DNA of 64,000 nt from Burkholderiales bacterium (GTDB taxonomy: Bacteria > Pseudomonadota > Gammaproteobacteria > Burkholderiales > SG8-39). A model generated the notes under the pieces. That model was not told where the DNA came from, did not search any database, and was given only the letters and a program-made list of their open reading frames with translations. The translations under genes were made by a program, and so were the position numbers. Positions 43,231 through 52,512 of this stretch are shown here, piece after piece. Location: the NCBI GenBank assembly GCA_041617635.1, contig JBFJOO010000013.1:1761-65760 (forward strand). The letters run 5' to 3'. Numbering within the stretch: the first letter of the stretch is position 1; each line of letters opens with the position of its first letter.

Positions 43231-45090
43231 ATGTCGAAGATCGAGTCCATGCCTGCAAGCGGCGCCGAGTCCGCGTGGAGCGAGTTCTGGAACGCGCAGC
43301 TCGCCTCGCACCTCGCCGCATTCTTCGCGTCCGCCGATCGCGCGGCGCTCGCCGAGCTGCAGGCGGACGCGGAATGGGTCTCGCTGCGTGGTGGCGACGT
43401 CCTCTTCCGCCGCGGCGATCCCGGGAACGCCGCGTACACCGTGCTGTCCGGGCGGCTGCGCGTCGTCGACGACACCGCGGGCGAGCGGGCGCTGAACGAG
43501 GTCGGCGCCGGCGAGATGCTCGGCGAGATGGCGCTGCTCTCGGCGGAGCGGCGCTCGGCGACGGTGCTCGCCGTGCGCGACTCGCTGCTGGCACGGCTTC
43601 CGGAGGCGGCCTTTCATCGCCTGATCGAACGGGAGCCGGCCGTGCTGCGGCGAATCAGCGCGATGCTGAGCGAACGGCTGCGGAAAGGGAGCGCCGGAGA
43701 ACGGCGTGGCAGATCGGTGGTTCAGACGCTTGCCGTCGTGCCCGCCGGCGCGGGTCCCGGCGCCGCGGCGTTCGCGCATCGCCTGGCCGAAGCGCTCAGG
43801 CCGCTTGGCGGCACTCTCCACCTCGACGCCAAGCGCGTCGATCACGCGCTCGGGCGTGACGGCATCGCGCGCTGCGCAGAGCAGGACCCGGCGAGCCGCC
43901 GCCTCGTGCAGTGGCTGAACGAGCAGGAGCTCGCGCATCGCTTCGTGGTCTTCGAGGCCGATCCGCTGCTCTCCACCTGGACCGAGCGGGCCGTTCGCCA
44001 GGCCGATCATGTCGTGTTCGTCGCCGACGCCGCGGCGCCGCCGGAGCCCGGCGAGGCCGAGCGGGCATTGGCCGCGCGCTGGCGCACCGGGCGCGCCCCA
44101 CGCCGGAGCCTCGTCCTCCTGCGCGACGGTGGCACGCCTGGCGGCACTGCCGCCTTCCTCGCGACCCGGGAGGTGGACTGCCACTACCACATCGACCTGG
44201 GCCGGACCGCGGATCTCGCGCGCCTCGCGCGTTGTCTCACCGGTGCGGGCGTCGGGCTGGTGCTCGGGGGCGGAGGTGCGCGCGGCTTCGCGCACCTCGG
44301 CGTTCTGCGCGCGCTCGCCGAAGCGGAGATTCCGATCGACTGGGTGGGCGGGACCAGCCTCGGCGCGATCATCGCCGCGCTCGTCGCGCAACGGCTATCG
44401 TCCGGCGAGGCGCTCGCGCAGTGCAAGGAGCAATTCTCCGCGCTGAAGGATCCGACCTTCCCGGTCGTCGCGTTGCTCGCCGGCCGGCGGATTCGCGCGA
44501 AGCTCGCGCGCGTATTCGGCGCTGCGGCGATCGAGGATCTGCCGCTTCCGTATCTGTGCGTTTCCACCAACCTCTCGCGTGCCGCGCAGACGGTGCACGA
44601 GCGCGGTCCGCTGGTGCGCGCGATCAGCGCAAGCATCGCGCTGCCGGGGATCCTGCCGCCGGTGAGCCTGGGCGGTGACCTGCACGTCGACGGCGGGCTG
44701 CTGAACAACCTGCCGATCGACGTGATGGCCGCGAAACCGGAGATCGGCACCGTGCTCGCGGTCGACGTGAGCGCCGAGGTCGAGATGCGCGCGCCGTCGG
44801 ACCGCGCGCTCGAGACGTCCGGGTGGCGCATGCTCTGGGACCGGATGCATCCCGGGGCGGCGCGCACCGAGGTGCCCTCGATCATGAGCCTGCTCACGCG
44901 CAGCGCGCTGGTCGCAAGCGTCTACTGGTCCCGCGAGCGGCACGCTGCCGAGGCGGCGAGCCTCTATCTGCGCATTCCCATGGCCGATTTGCGCCTGCTC
45001 GCCTTCGAGCGGATCGACGAGATCGTCGCGCGCGGCTACGAGGCTGCGCGCGGCGCGATTAATGCGTGGTCGGAGGGGCGTCCCCGCTGA
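43231..45090 (+). CDS. Cyclic nucleotide-binding domain + patatin-like phospholipase protein (NTE-like)
   Basis: A CAP-type cNMP domain is present (RGDPGNAAYTVLSGRLRVV...GEMLGEMALLSAERRSATVLA). The patatin oxyanion hole is GLVLGGGGARGFAH, the nucleophile is GTSLGA and the Asp of the dyad is in VDGGLLNNLP. Confidence 0.85.
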   Translation: MSKIESMPASGAESAWSEFWNAQLASHLAAFFASADRAALAELQADAEWVSLRGGDVLFRRGDPGNAAYTVLSGRLRVVDDTAGERALNEVGAGEMLGEMALLSAERRSATVLAVRDSLLARLPEAAFHRLIEREPAVLRRISAMLSERLRKGSAGERRGRSVVQTLAVVPAGAGPGAAAFAHRLAEALRPLGGTLHLDAKRVDHALGRDGIARCAEQDPASRRLVQWLNEQELAHRFVVFEADPLLSTWTERAVRQADHVVFVADAAAPPEPGEAERALAARWRTGRAPRRSLVLLRDGGTPGGTAAFLATREVDCHYHIDLGRTADLARLARCLTGAGVGLVLGGGGARGFAHLGVLRALAEAEIPIDWVGGTSLGAIIAALVAQRLSSGEALAQCKEQFSALKDPTFPVVALLAGRRIRAKLARVFGAAAIEDLPLPYLCVSTNLSRAAQTVHERGPLVRAISASIALPGILPPVSLGGDLHVDGGLLNNLPIDVMAAKPEIGTVLAVDVSAEVEMRAPSDRALETSGWRMLWDRMHPGAARTEVPSIMSLLTRSALVASVYWSRERHAAEAASLYLRIPMADLRLLAFERIDEIVARGYEAARGAINAWSEGRPR

Positions 45091-45167
45091 TCGCGTAGGG
45101 TGTCGCAGCCCGAGCACTTCACGCTGCGCGGCCGCCTTGGGCGGCTCGTCGAGCACCCCACACGACT

Positions 45168-45198
45168 GGGGCGCGGCGGCCGCGCGCCGCCGCGCCCC
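45168..45198. terminator. GC-rich hairpin between convergent patatin-like and pilU genes
   Basis: A perfect 12-bp stem (GGGGCGCGGCGG / CCGCCGCGCCCC) with a 7-nt loop. There is no U-tract on either strand. Confidence 0.35.
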
Positions 45199-45207
45199 AT
45201 GCCTCGC

Positions 45208-46347
45208 TCAGGAGGAGATCGAGAGGTGATCGATCCCCTGCGTGATGTCGCGATTCTTCGCCTCGGTGGAATGCAGCTTGATGGAGAGACGCAGGTCGTT
45301 CACGCTGTCGGCGTTACGCAAGGCGTCCTCGTAGGTGATGATGCCCGTGTCGTACAGGTCGAAGAGGTGCTGGTCGAAGGTCTGCATGCCGAGCTCGCGC
45401 GAGCGCTTCATGATCTCCTTGATCTCGTGCACCTCGCCCTTGAAGATCAGGTCGGAGATGAGCGGCGAGTTCAGCATGACCTCCACCACCGCGATCCGGC
45501 CCTTGCCCTCCTTCCGCGGGACGAGACGCTGCGAGACCATCCCGCGCAGGTTCAGCGAGAGGTCCATGAGGAGCTGCGGGCGCCGCTCCTCGGGGAAGAA
45601 GTTGATGATCCGGTCGAGCGCCTGGTTCGCGCTGTTCGCGTGCAGCGTCGCCATGCAAAGGTGGCCGGTCTCGGCGAAGGCGATGCCGTAGTCCATCGTC
45701 TCGCGGTCGCGGATCTCGCCCATCAGGATCACGTCCGGCGCCTGGCGCAGGGTGTTCTTCAGCGCGATGCCCCAGCCCTCGGTGTCGACGCCGATCTCGC
45801 GCTGGGTGATGATGCAGTTCTGGTGCGGGTGCACGTACTCGACCGGGTCCTCGATCGTGATGATGTGCCCGTAGGAGTTCGCGTTACGGTAGCCCACCAT
45901 CGCGGCGAGCGACGTCGACTTTCCCGAGCCGGTCGCGCCGACCATGATCACCAGGCCGCGCTTGGTGAGGGCGACTTCCTTCAGCACCGGCGGGAGGTTG
46001 AGCTCCTCGAAGGTCGGAATCTTGGCGTTGATCGTCCGCAGCACCATGCCGATCGAGCCCATCTGCACGAACGCGTTGACCCGGAAGCGGCCGATGCCGG
46101 CCGGGCTGATCGCGAAGTTGCACTCCTTGCTCGATTCGAACTCGGCGGCCTGCCGGTCGTTCATGACCGAGCGCACGAGGTCCTGGGTGTGCTGAGCGGT
46201 GAGCGGCTGTTGCGACACCGGGGTCACCTTGCCGTCGACCTTGATGGCCGGCGGAAAGCCGACCGTGATGAAGAGGTCCGACGCCTTCTTGGTGACCATC
46301 AGCCGCAGAAGGTCGTTGATGAATTTCGATGCCTGGTCTCGTTCCAT
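45208..46347 (-). CDS. pilU: Type IVa pilus ATPase PilU
   Basis: The sequence LLRLMVTKKASDLFITVGFPPAIKVDG... is PilU-like. Walker A is GATGSGKST. The gene lies directly downstream of pilT. Confidence 0.85.
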   Translation of the reverse strand: MERDQASKFINDLLRLMVTKKASDLFITVGFPPAIKVDGKVTPVSQQPLTAQHTQDLVRSVMNDRQAAEFESSKECNFAISPAGIGRFRVNAFVQMGSIGMVLRTINAKIPTFEELNLPPVLKEVALTKRGLVIMVGATGSGKSTSLAAMVGYRNANSYGHIITIEDPVEYVHPHQNCIITQREIGVDTEGWGIALKNTLRQAPDVILMGEIRDRETMDYGIAFAETGHLCMATLHANSANQALDRIINFFPEERRPQLLMDLSLNLRGMVSQRLVPRKEGKGRIAVVEVMLNSPLISDLIFKGEVHEIKEIMKRSRELGMQTFDQHLFDLYDTGIITYEDALRNADSVNDLRLSIKLHSTEAKNRDITQGIDHLSISS

Positions 46348-46441
46348 GGTCTACCTCGCTCCAGGGACGCGCAACGCGCCCATTATGCGCCTCGTCCGGT
46401 CGGTTGGAATCCCCGCCGTGGGGTGGGCGGGGGCTTGCCGC

Positions 46442-47485
46442 TCAGCCGATGAAGGCGTCCTTGTTCTGCGCGCGCGCGCGGGCTTCCGCAACGGTCACCA
46501 CGCCGCGCTTCACGAGCTCGGTCAGGTTCTGGTCGAGGGTCTGCATGCCGAGCTGCTGGCCGGTCTGGATCGCAGAGTACATCTGCGCGATCTTGTTCTC
46601 TCGGATCAGGTTGCGGATGGCCGGCGTGCCGACCATGATCTCGTGCGCCGCCACGCGGCCCTCGCCGTCCTTCGTCTTCATCAGAGTCTGCGCGATCACC
46701 GCGCGCAAGGACTCCGAGAGCATGGCCCGCACCATCTCTTTCTCGGCGGCGGGGAACACGTCCACGATCCGGTCGATCGTCTTGGCCGCCGAGCTCGTGT
46801 GCAGCGTCCCGAACACCAGGTGGCCGGTCTCGGCGCCGGTCAGCGCGAGGCGGATGGTCTCGAGGTCGCGCATCTCGCCGACGAGGATGACGTCCGGGTC
46901 TTCCCGCAGCGCGCTGCGCAGCGCGTTGGAGAACGAGAGCGTGTGCGGGCCGACCTCGCGCTGGTTGATCAGGCACTTCTTGCTCTCGTGCACGAACTCG
47001 ATCGGGTCCTCGATCGTGAGGATGTGGCCGTGCTCGTTCTCGTTGATGTCGTTCACCATCGCCGCAAGCGTCGTGGACTTTCCGGAGCCGGTCGGGCCGG
47101 TCACGAGCACGATGCCGCGCGGCTGCTTCGCGATCTCGGCGAAGATCTTCGGTGCATTGAGCTCCTCGAGCGTGAGCACTTTCGAGGGAATCGTCCGCAT
47201 CACGGCGGCCGCGCCGCGGTTCTGGTTGAAGGCGTTCACGCGGAAGCGCGCGAGCCCCGGCACCGCAAACGAGAAGTCGCACTCCAGGTTCTCTTCGTAC
47301 GCCTTGCGCTGCGCGTCGTTCATGATGTCGTACACCATCGCGTGCACGTCCTTGTGCTCCATCGGCGGCAGGTTGATGCGCCGCACGTCGCCGTGCACGC
47401 GGATCATCGGCGGCAGGCCGGACGAGAGGTGGAGGTCGGACGCTTTGTTCTTGACGACGAAAGCGAGCAGCTCGGTGATATCCAT
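46442..47485 (-). CDS. pilT: Type IVa pilus retraction ATPase PilT
   Basis: The N-terminus MDITELLAFVVKNKASDLHLSSGLPPMIRVHGD is classic PilT. Walker A is GPTGSGKST, and the AIRNLIRE motif is present. Confidence 0.9.
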   Translation of the reverse strand: MDITELLAFVVKNKASDLHLSSGLPPMIRVHGDVRRINLPPMEHKDVHAMVYDIMNDAQRKAYEENLECDFSFAVPGLARFRVNAFNQNRGAAAVMRTIPSKVLTLEELNAPKIFAEIAKQPRGIVLVTGPTGSGKSTTLAAMVNDINENEHGHILTIEDPIEFVHESKKCLINQREVGPHTLSFSNALRSALREDPDVILVGEMRDLETIRLALTGAETGHLVFGTLHTSSAAKTIDRIVDVFPAAEKEMVRAMLSESLRAVIAQTLMKTKDGEGRVAAHEIMVGTPAIRNLIRENKIAQMYSAIQTGQQLGMQTLDQNLTELVKRGVVTVAEARARAQNKDAFIG

Positions 47486-47602
47486 ATAATTCTTCCCTGG
47501 TTGTGCGGCGGGGTGGCGCCGGAATTCCGATCTGGGTTCGGGGTTGTTATCGAGCCGAAATCTTCCTGTAATTCAGTCGGTTCCCGTGCGAACCTGAGAA
47601 TT

Positions 47603-48289
47603 ATGAACACAATCGCTACGAACCTACAAGGCGTAAATTCCCGGATCGTGCAGAGTGCGCGGGGGGCGGGTCGCGACCCCCGTGACATAGTTCTCGTGGC
47701 GGTGACCAAGACGTTCGGGCCGGACGCGATACGCGCCGCCCACGCGGCGGGTCAACGCGACTTCGGCGAGAGCTACGCGCAGGAGGCGCTCGAGAAGATG
47801 CCCGCGCTCGCCGACCTGGATCTCGTCTGGCACTTCATCGGCCCGATCCAGAGCAACAAGACCCGAGCGCTCGCCGAGTCCTTCGCCTGGGTGCACTCGG
47901 TCGACCGGCTGAAGATCGCGGAGCGGCTCGCGGCGCAGCGACCCGCAACGATGACGCCGCTCCAGGTGTGCATCGAGGTGAACGTGAGCGGGGAGGCGAC
48001 GAAAGCGGGCGTCGCGCCGGACGAGGTCCGCGCGATCGCGACGGCGGTCGCCCGCCTGCCACGCCTCAAGCTGCGCGGCCTGATGGCGATCCCCGCGCCG
48101 ACCGGGGATCCGGCGCTGCAGCGCAAGCGCTTCGAATCCCTGCGCGACCTGCGCGACGCGCTGAATCGGGACGGCCACGCGCTCGACACCCTGTCGATGG
48201 GCATGTCCGACGACTTCGAGGCGGCGATCGCGGCGGGCAGCACCATCGTGCGGGTGGGGACGGCGATCTTCGGCCCGCGGAAAAAGTGA
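47603..48289 (+). CDS. yggS: YggS-family pyridoxal-phosphate homeostasis protein
   Basis: The motifs VLVAVTKTF, FGESYAQE, WHFIGPIQSNK and LSMGMSDDFEAAI are present. Confidence 0.85.
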   Translation: MNTIATNLQGVNSRIVQSARGAGRDPRDIVLVAVTKTFGPDAIRAAHAAGQRDFGESYAQEALEKMPALADLDLVWHFIGPIQSNKTRALAESFAWVHSVDRLKIAERLAAQRPATMTPLQVCIEVNVSGEATKAGVAPDEVRAIATAVARLPRLKLRGLMAIPAPTGDPALQRKRFESLRDLRDALNRDGHALDTLSMGMSDDFEAAIAAGSTIVRVGTAIFGPRKK

Positions 48290-48382
48290 GGCGGACAACC
48301 GAACCAGTCGCGGCTGCTAAACTGGGCTGCCGGTGCCCCGTGGGAGCCTAGCGGATCGAAGAAACTCAGCGTATGCGCGCAG

Positions 48383-48452
48383 GGGGATATACTAGGGGCT
48401 TGCCCCTTGTTCGTTCTGGGGGATATACAAGGGGCTTTCCCCCCTTGTTCGT
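48383..48452. repeat. Doublet of REP-like palindromic units (GGGGATATAC[A/T]AGGGG - loop - CCCCTTGTTCGT)
   Basis: Two adjacent units (48383-48414 and 48417-48452) each form an 8-9 bp ACAAGGGG/CCCCTTGT hairpin. The same unit recurs at 61566-61633. Confidence 0.8.
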
Positions 48453-48533
48453 ACGCCCGGGGTTTTTCTTGCACACTCGTCACTCGAAGTCGCCGTGGCG
48501 GGCATTCTTCATCAGCCTGCTAGCGGAGGGAGC

Positions 48534-49349
48534 TTGAACGTCACATTCATCGGCGGCGGCAACATGGCGACGGCGCTGATCGGCGGCTTGGTGGCGCGCG
48601 GTATCGCCGCATCCGGGATCAAGATCGTCGAGGTGCTGCACGAGGCGCGCGCGCGCCACGCGGAGCAGTTCGGCATCACGAGCGTCGCAACGCCGGCCGA
48701 GGCAGTCCCGCACGGCGACGCGGTCGTGCTGGCGGTCAAGCCCCAGCACATGCGTGATGCCTGCACCGCGCTCGCGCCGCACCTCGCGGACGAGGTCGTG
48801 CTCTCCATCGCCGCGGGAACCCGGCTGGACGACATCGGCCGCTGGCTGGGCGGCAAGACGCGTCTCGCGCGCTGCATGCCGAACACGCCCGCGCTTATCG
48901 GTGCCGGGATCAGCGCAGTTTACGCCCGCCCCGCCGTGGGCCCGGAGCAGCGCGAGGTCGTGCGCACGATCCTCGCGGCAGCCGGCAAGATCGTGTGGGT
49001 CGACGACGAAGGCCTGCTCGATCCGGTGACCGCGCTCTCCGGAAGCGGTCCGGCGTACGTCTTCTACTTTCTCGAGGCGATGCAGCGGGCCGCGGCCGAG
49101 ATGGGTCTCCCGGATGATGTCGGCAAGGCGCTCGCCGTCGAGACGCTGCGCGGCGCGGCCGAGCTTGCCGCGCGGTCGGCCGAACCGGCGTCGGTGCTGC
49201 GCGAGCGCGTGACGTCCAAGGGCGGCACGACGGAACAGGCGCTCGCATCGATGAACGCGGACGGCGTCGGCGACGCCATCGTGCGCGCGATCCATGCCGC
49301 GAACCGGCGCGCGCGCGAGCTGGGCGACCAGCTCGGGAGGGACGCATGA
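48534..49349 (+). CDS. proC: Pyrroline-5-carboxylate reductase
   Basis: The sequence shows VTFIGGGNMATALIGGL..., PNTPALIGAG and VTSKGGTTEQAL. I chose the TTG start at 48534 (GGAGG 4 nt upstream). The ORF is also open from the GTG at 48495. Confidence 0.85.
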   Translation: MNVTFIGGGNMATALIGGLVARGIAASGIKIVEVLHEARARHAEQFGITSVATPAEAVPHGDAVVLAVKPQHMRDACTALAPHLADEVVLSIAAGTRLDDIGRWLGGKTRLARCMPNTPALIGAGISAVYARPAVGPEQREVVRTILAAAGKIVWVDDEGLLDPVTALSGSGPAYVFYFLEAMQRAAAEMGLPDDVGKALAVETLRGAAELAARSAEPASVLRERVTSKGGTTEQALASMNADGVGDAIVRAIHAANRRARELGDQLGRDA

Positions 49350-49909
49350 TCGAACAGATCGCCGAGCTCCTCATCAGGACCGCGTTCGGGCTGGTCACCT
49401 ATCTCGCGCTGGCGCGGTTCTTCATGCAGGCGTTCCGCGCCCCGTTCCGCAATCCCGTCGGCCAGTTCGTGGTCGCGCTGACCGACTGGGCGGTGCTGCC
49501 GCTGCGGCGCGTCGTGCCCACCGCGAGCGGGCTGGATCTCTCGAGCCTGGTGCTGGCGTGGCTCGCAAAACTCCTCGAGCTGCTTGCGCTCTACTCGCTC
49601 GTGGGCGGCGGGCTGGCGACGGCCGGCACGCTCCTCTTCCTGTGGTCGGTGCTCGAGCTCTTCCGCGCGTGCCTCTACCTCGCGATGTTCGTGGTGATCG
49701 TCCACGTCATCACGAGCTGGCTGAGTCCCTACTCCCCGGTCTCGCCGGTGTTCGACGCGCTGACCCGGCCGCTCTACGCCATCTTCCGGCGCTTCATTCC
49801 CACGATCGGCGGCATCGATCTCTCGCCGCTCTTCGTGCTGATCCTGATCCAGATCCTGCTCATCGCGCTCGAGGGCGCGCCCCGCATGATGCTCACGAGC
49901 ATGCGGTGA
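49346..49909 (+). CDS. yggT: YggT-family membrane protein
   Basis: The start overlaps the proC stop (ATGA). Two YGGT repeats with TM helices are present. Confidence 0.8.
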   Translation: MIEQIAELLIRTAFGLVTYLALARFFMQAFRAPFRNPVGQFVVALTDWAVLPLRRVVPTASGLDLSSLVLAWLAKLLELLALYSLVGGGLATAGTLLFLWSVLELFRACLYLAMFVVIVHVITSWLSPYSPVSPVFDALTRPLYAIFRRFIPTIGGIDLSPLFVLILIQILLIALEGAPRMMLTSMR

Positions 49910-50211
49910 GCGGAGCGGCGGCGTCCTGGCTGACCCGCACTCCGACCGGCTGGACGATCGCGGTGCACGTGCAGCCGGGCGCAAAGCGCACCGCGGTCGC
50001 CGGCGTGCATGGTGAACGTCTCAAGATCAGGGTCGCCGCGCCCCCGGTCGAAGGCCGCGCCAACGCAGCAGTCGTCGCCTTCATCGCGGAGCAACTCGGC
50101 ATTCCCCGCACGCAAGTAACGATCGCCCGCGGCCACCGCTCCCGCGACAAGACAATCGAGATCACCGCGCTGGATTGCGACCCGGCGAGGCGTTTGCGGG
50201 AAGGGGGGTAA
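49906..50211 (+). CDS. DUF167 (YggU-like) protein
   Basis: The GTG start overlaps the yggT stop (GTGA). The sequence VHVQPGAKRTAVAGVHGERLKIRVAAPPVEGRANAAVVAFIAEQLGIPRTQVTIARGHRSRDK is typical DUF167. Confidence 0.75.
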   Translation: MSGAAASWLTRTPTGWTIAVHVQPGAKRTAVAGVHGERLKIRVAAPPVEGRANAAVVAFIAEQLGIPRTQVTIARGHRSRDKTIEITALDCDPARRLREGG

Positions 50212-50212
50212 C

Positions 50213-50244
50213 GGGGGGAAACCAGGCGGTTTCCCCCTGTTCGT
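50213..50244. repeat. Degenerate single REP-like unit / hairpin between convergent yggU-like and pyrC' genes
   Basis: A 10-bp perfect stem (GGGGGAAACC / GGTTTCCCCC) with a 4-nt loop is followed by TGTTCGT, the same tail as the REP-like units at 48.4 and 61.6 kb. Confidence 0.55.
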
Positions 50245-50251
50245 GAACTAC

Positions 50252-51532
50252 CTACGCCCGCGCCTCATACGTGACATCACCACCCACGAGGGTATACCTC
50301 ACCTGGCCCGGGAGTTCGTACCCGAGAAAGGGCGTGTTCTTCCCTTGGCTTCGCAGGCCGCCCGCCGTCACCTTCACGTACGCCTCCGGATCGAAAACGC
50401 AGATGTCCGCGGGCGCGCCGACGCCGAGGTGCCCGGCGTCGATCTTGAGAATGCGCGCCGGCTCGCTGGTGACGCGCGCAAGCGCGTCGGCGATCGAGAC
50501 CTGCTTCTCGCGCGCCCACTTCAGCGTGAGCGGCAGGAGGAGCTCGAGCCCGGTCGCGCCCGGCCCCGACTCGCTGAACGGCATCTGCTTCGCGTCGAGG
50601 TCCACCGGGGTGTGATCAGAGCAGATCGCGTCGATCGTTCCGTCGGCAACGCCGGCCTGCAGCGCGTCCCGGTCGCGCAGGCTGCGCAGCGGCGGCACGA
50701 GATGACAGTGCGCGTCGTAGTAGCCGATGTCCATCTCGGAAAGATGCACGTGATGCACCCCGACGTCGCTCGTGATCGGCAGGCCCTCGGCTTTCGCCTG
50801 CCGCACCATGGCGACACCGGTCGCGGTCGACAACCGGCATAGGTGCACGGTCGTGCCGGTCGCGCGCACGAGCTCGAGGATCGTCGCGAGGGCGATCGTC
50901 TCGGCAAACGCGGGAATGCCCGGCAGGCCGAGCCGCGTCGCGACCTCGCCGTCGTGAGCGACGCCTTCGTGCGAGATGAAAGGATCCTGCGCGCGCAGCC
51001 AGACGCTGAATCCCAGGGTCGCCGCGTACTGCAGGGCCCGCCAAAGGACGACGGTATCCTTGATCGGCGCATCGGCCTGCGAAAAGGCAATGCAGCCGGC
51101 GTGCCGCAGCATCGCCATCTCGGCAAGGCGCTCGCCTTCGAGATTGGCCGTCAGGGCGCCGACCGGGTAGACCCGCGCAAGATGCAGGCTCGACGCGCGC
51201 CGCGTGAGCATCTCCACGAGCCCCGGCTCGTCGAGCGGCGGATCGGTGTCCGGCGGGCACGCGAGGGTCGTGACGCCGCCGGCGACGGCGGCGTAGAGCT
51301 CCGAGTCGAGCGTCGCCTTGTACTCCAGGCCCGGCTCGCGCAGCCGCGCCGAGAGATCCACCAGGCCCGGCACGACCGCGAGGCCGGTCGCGTCGATCTC
51401 GCGATCGGCCTTGAACCCGCGCGGTGCGGTGCCGACGCCCGCAACGCGGCCGTCGGCGACGAAGAGGTCGCGCGCGGCGTCCACCCCGTGTTTCGGGTCG
51501 ATCAGCCGGCCGTTGCGGATGTGAATCTTCAT
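50252..51532 (-). CDS. Dihydroorotase-like protein, probably the non-catalytic PyrC' subunit of aspartate carbamoyltransferase
   Basis: It has the amidohydrolase fold and lies immediately downstream of pyrB. The canonical metal-binding DxHxH is replaced by DLSARL (PGLVDLSARLREPGLEYK). Confidence 0.8.
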   Translation of the reverse strand: MKIHIRNGRLIDPKHGVDAARDLFVADGRVAGVGTAPRGFKADREIDATGLAVVPGLVDLSARLREPGLEYKATLDSELYAAVAGGVTTLACPPDTDPPLDEPGLVEMLTRRASSLHLARVYPVGALTANLEGERLAEMAMLRHAGCIAFSQADAPIKDTVVLWRALQYAATLGFSVWLRAQDPFISHEGVAHDGEVATRLGLPGIPAFAETIALATILELVRATGTTVHLCRLSTATGVAMVRQAKAEGLPITSDVGVHHVHLSEMDIGYYDAHCHLVPPLRSLRDRDALQAGVADGTIDAICSDHTPVDLDAKQMPFSESGPGATGLELLLPLTLKWAREKQVSIADALARVTSEPARILKIDAGHLGVGAPADICVFDPEAYVKVTAGGLRSQGKNTPFLGYELPGQVRYTLVGGDVTYEARA

Positions 51533-51539
51533 TCCCGAC

Positions 51540-52508
51540 TCATTCCTCGCCACGGCCTCCGCTGCCACCGCCCAGGATGGACATCACCGCCATGCGCACC
51601 GCGATGCCGAAAGTGACTTGCGGCAGAATCACGGCCTGGCCGCCGTCGGCGACCGACGAGTCGATCTCGACGCCGCGATTCATCGGCCCCGGGTGCATGA
51701 CGATCGCATCGGGCTTGGCGAGCGCGAGCTTGTCGGCCGTCAGCCCGTAGCACTTGAAGAACTCCTGGGCCGACGGTAGCAACGGGCCCTTCATGCGCTC
51801 GTTCTGCAGGCGCAGCATCACCACCACGTCCACGTCGCGCAACCCCGCGCTCATGTCATGGAACACCTTCACGCCGAGCTGCTCGACGCCCGTCGGCAGC
51901 AGGGTCTGCGGCGCAATCGCCCGTACGTCGGGCGTGCCGAGGATGTTCAAGGCATGGATCAGCGAGCGCGCCACCCGCGAGTGCAGGATGTCGCCCACGA
52001 TCGCGACCGACAGCCGCGTGAAGTCCTGCTTGTAGTGGCGGATGGTGTACGCGTCCAGCAGCGCCTGCGTCGGGTGCGCGTGGCGGCCGTCGCCCGCGTT
52101 GATCACGTGATGATGCGGCGCGACGTGCCGGGCGATGAGGTGCGCCGCGCCGCTCGCCGCATGCCGCACGACGAACATGTCGGCGTGCATCGCGGCCAGG
52201 TTGTCGATGGTGTCGAGCAGCGTCTCGCCCTTGGATTGCGACGAGGTGCTGATGTTAAGGTTGATGACGTCTGCGGAAAGGCGCTTCGCCGCGATCTCGA
52301 ACGTCGTGCGCGTACGGGTCGAAGCCTCGAAGAAGAGATTGAACACGCTCTTGCCGCGCAGGAGCGGCACCTTCTTCACCTCGCGCTCCGTCACGCCGAC
52401 GAACGATGCGGCGGTGTCGAGAATGCGCACCAGGTGCTCGCGCGGCAGCCCCTCCACGTTGAGCAGGTGCTGCAGCTCGCCCTTATCGTTAAGCTGCGGG
52501 TTGCGCAT
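51540..52508 (-). CDS. pyrB: Aspartate carbamoyltransferase catalytic subunit
   Basis: The motifs [21 protein letters not shown] and MHPGPMNRG are present. Confidence 0.9.
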   Translation of the reverse strand: MRNPQLNDKGELQHLLNVEGLPREHLVRILDTAASFVGVTEREVKKVPLLRGKSVFNLFFEASTRTRTTFEIAAKRLSADVINLNISTSSQSKGETLLDTIDNLAAMHADMFVVRHAASGAAHLIARHVAPHHHVINAGDGRHAHPTQALLDAYTIRHYKQDFTRLSVAIVGDILHSRVARSLIHALNILGTPDVRAIAPQTLLPTGVEQLGVKVFHDMSAGLRDVDVVVMLRLQNERMKGPLLPSAQEFFKCYGLTADKLALAKPDAIVMHPGPMNRGVEIDSSVADGGQAVILPQVTFGIAVRMAVMSILGGGSGGRGEE

Positions 52509-52512
52509 CCGG

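Noticed and set aside
43231-45090. The patatin protein as a CBASS CapV-type effector.
   Set aside because: There is no CD-NTase/cyclase, Cap2/Cap3 or SAVED domain nearby. The regulatory domain is a classical CAP-type cNMP-binding domain, so the CBASS architecture is not supported.
46348-46441. A hairpin (CCCCGCC...GGCGGGG) between pilT and pilU as a terminator.
   Set aside because: It has a short 7-bp stem, an 8-nt loop and no U-tract. Because pilT and pilU are commonly co-transcribed, it is not reported as a feature.
48383-48452. Whether the closely spaced direct repeats are a mini CRISPR array.
   Set aside because: There are only two units per locus, separated by 2-3 nt, with no spacers and no cas genes. 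The units are hairpin palindromes typical of REP elements.
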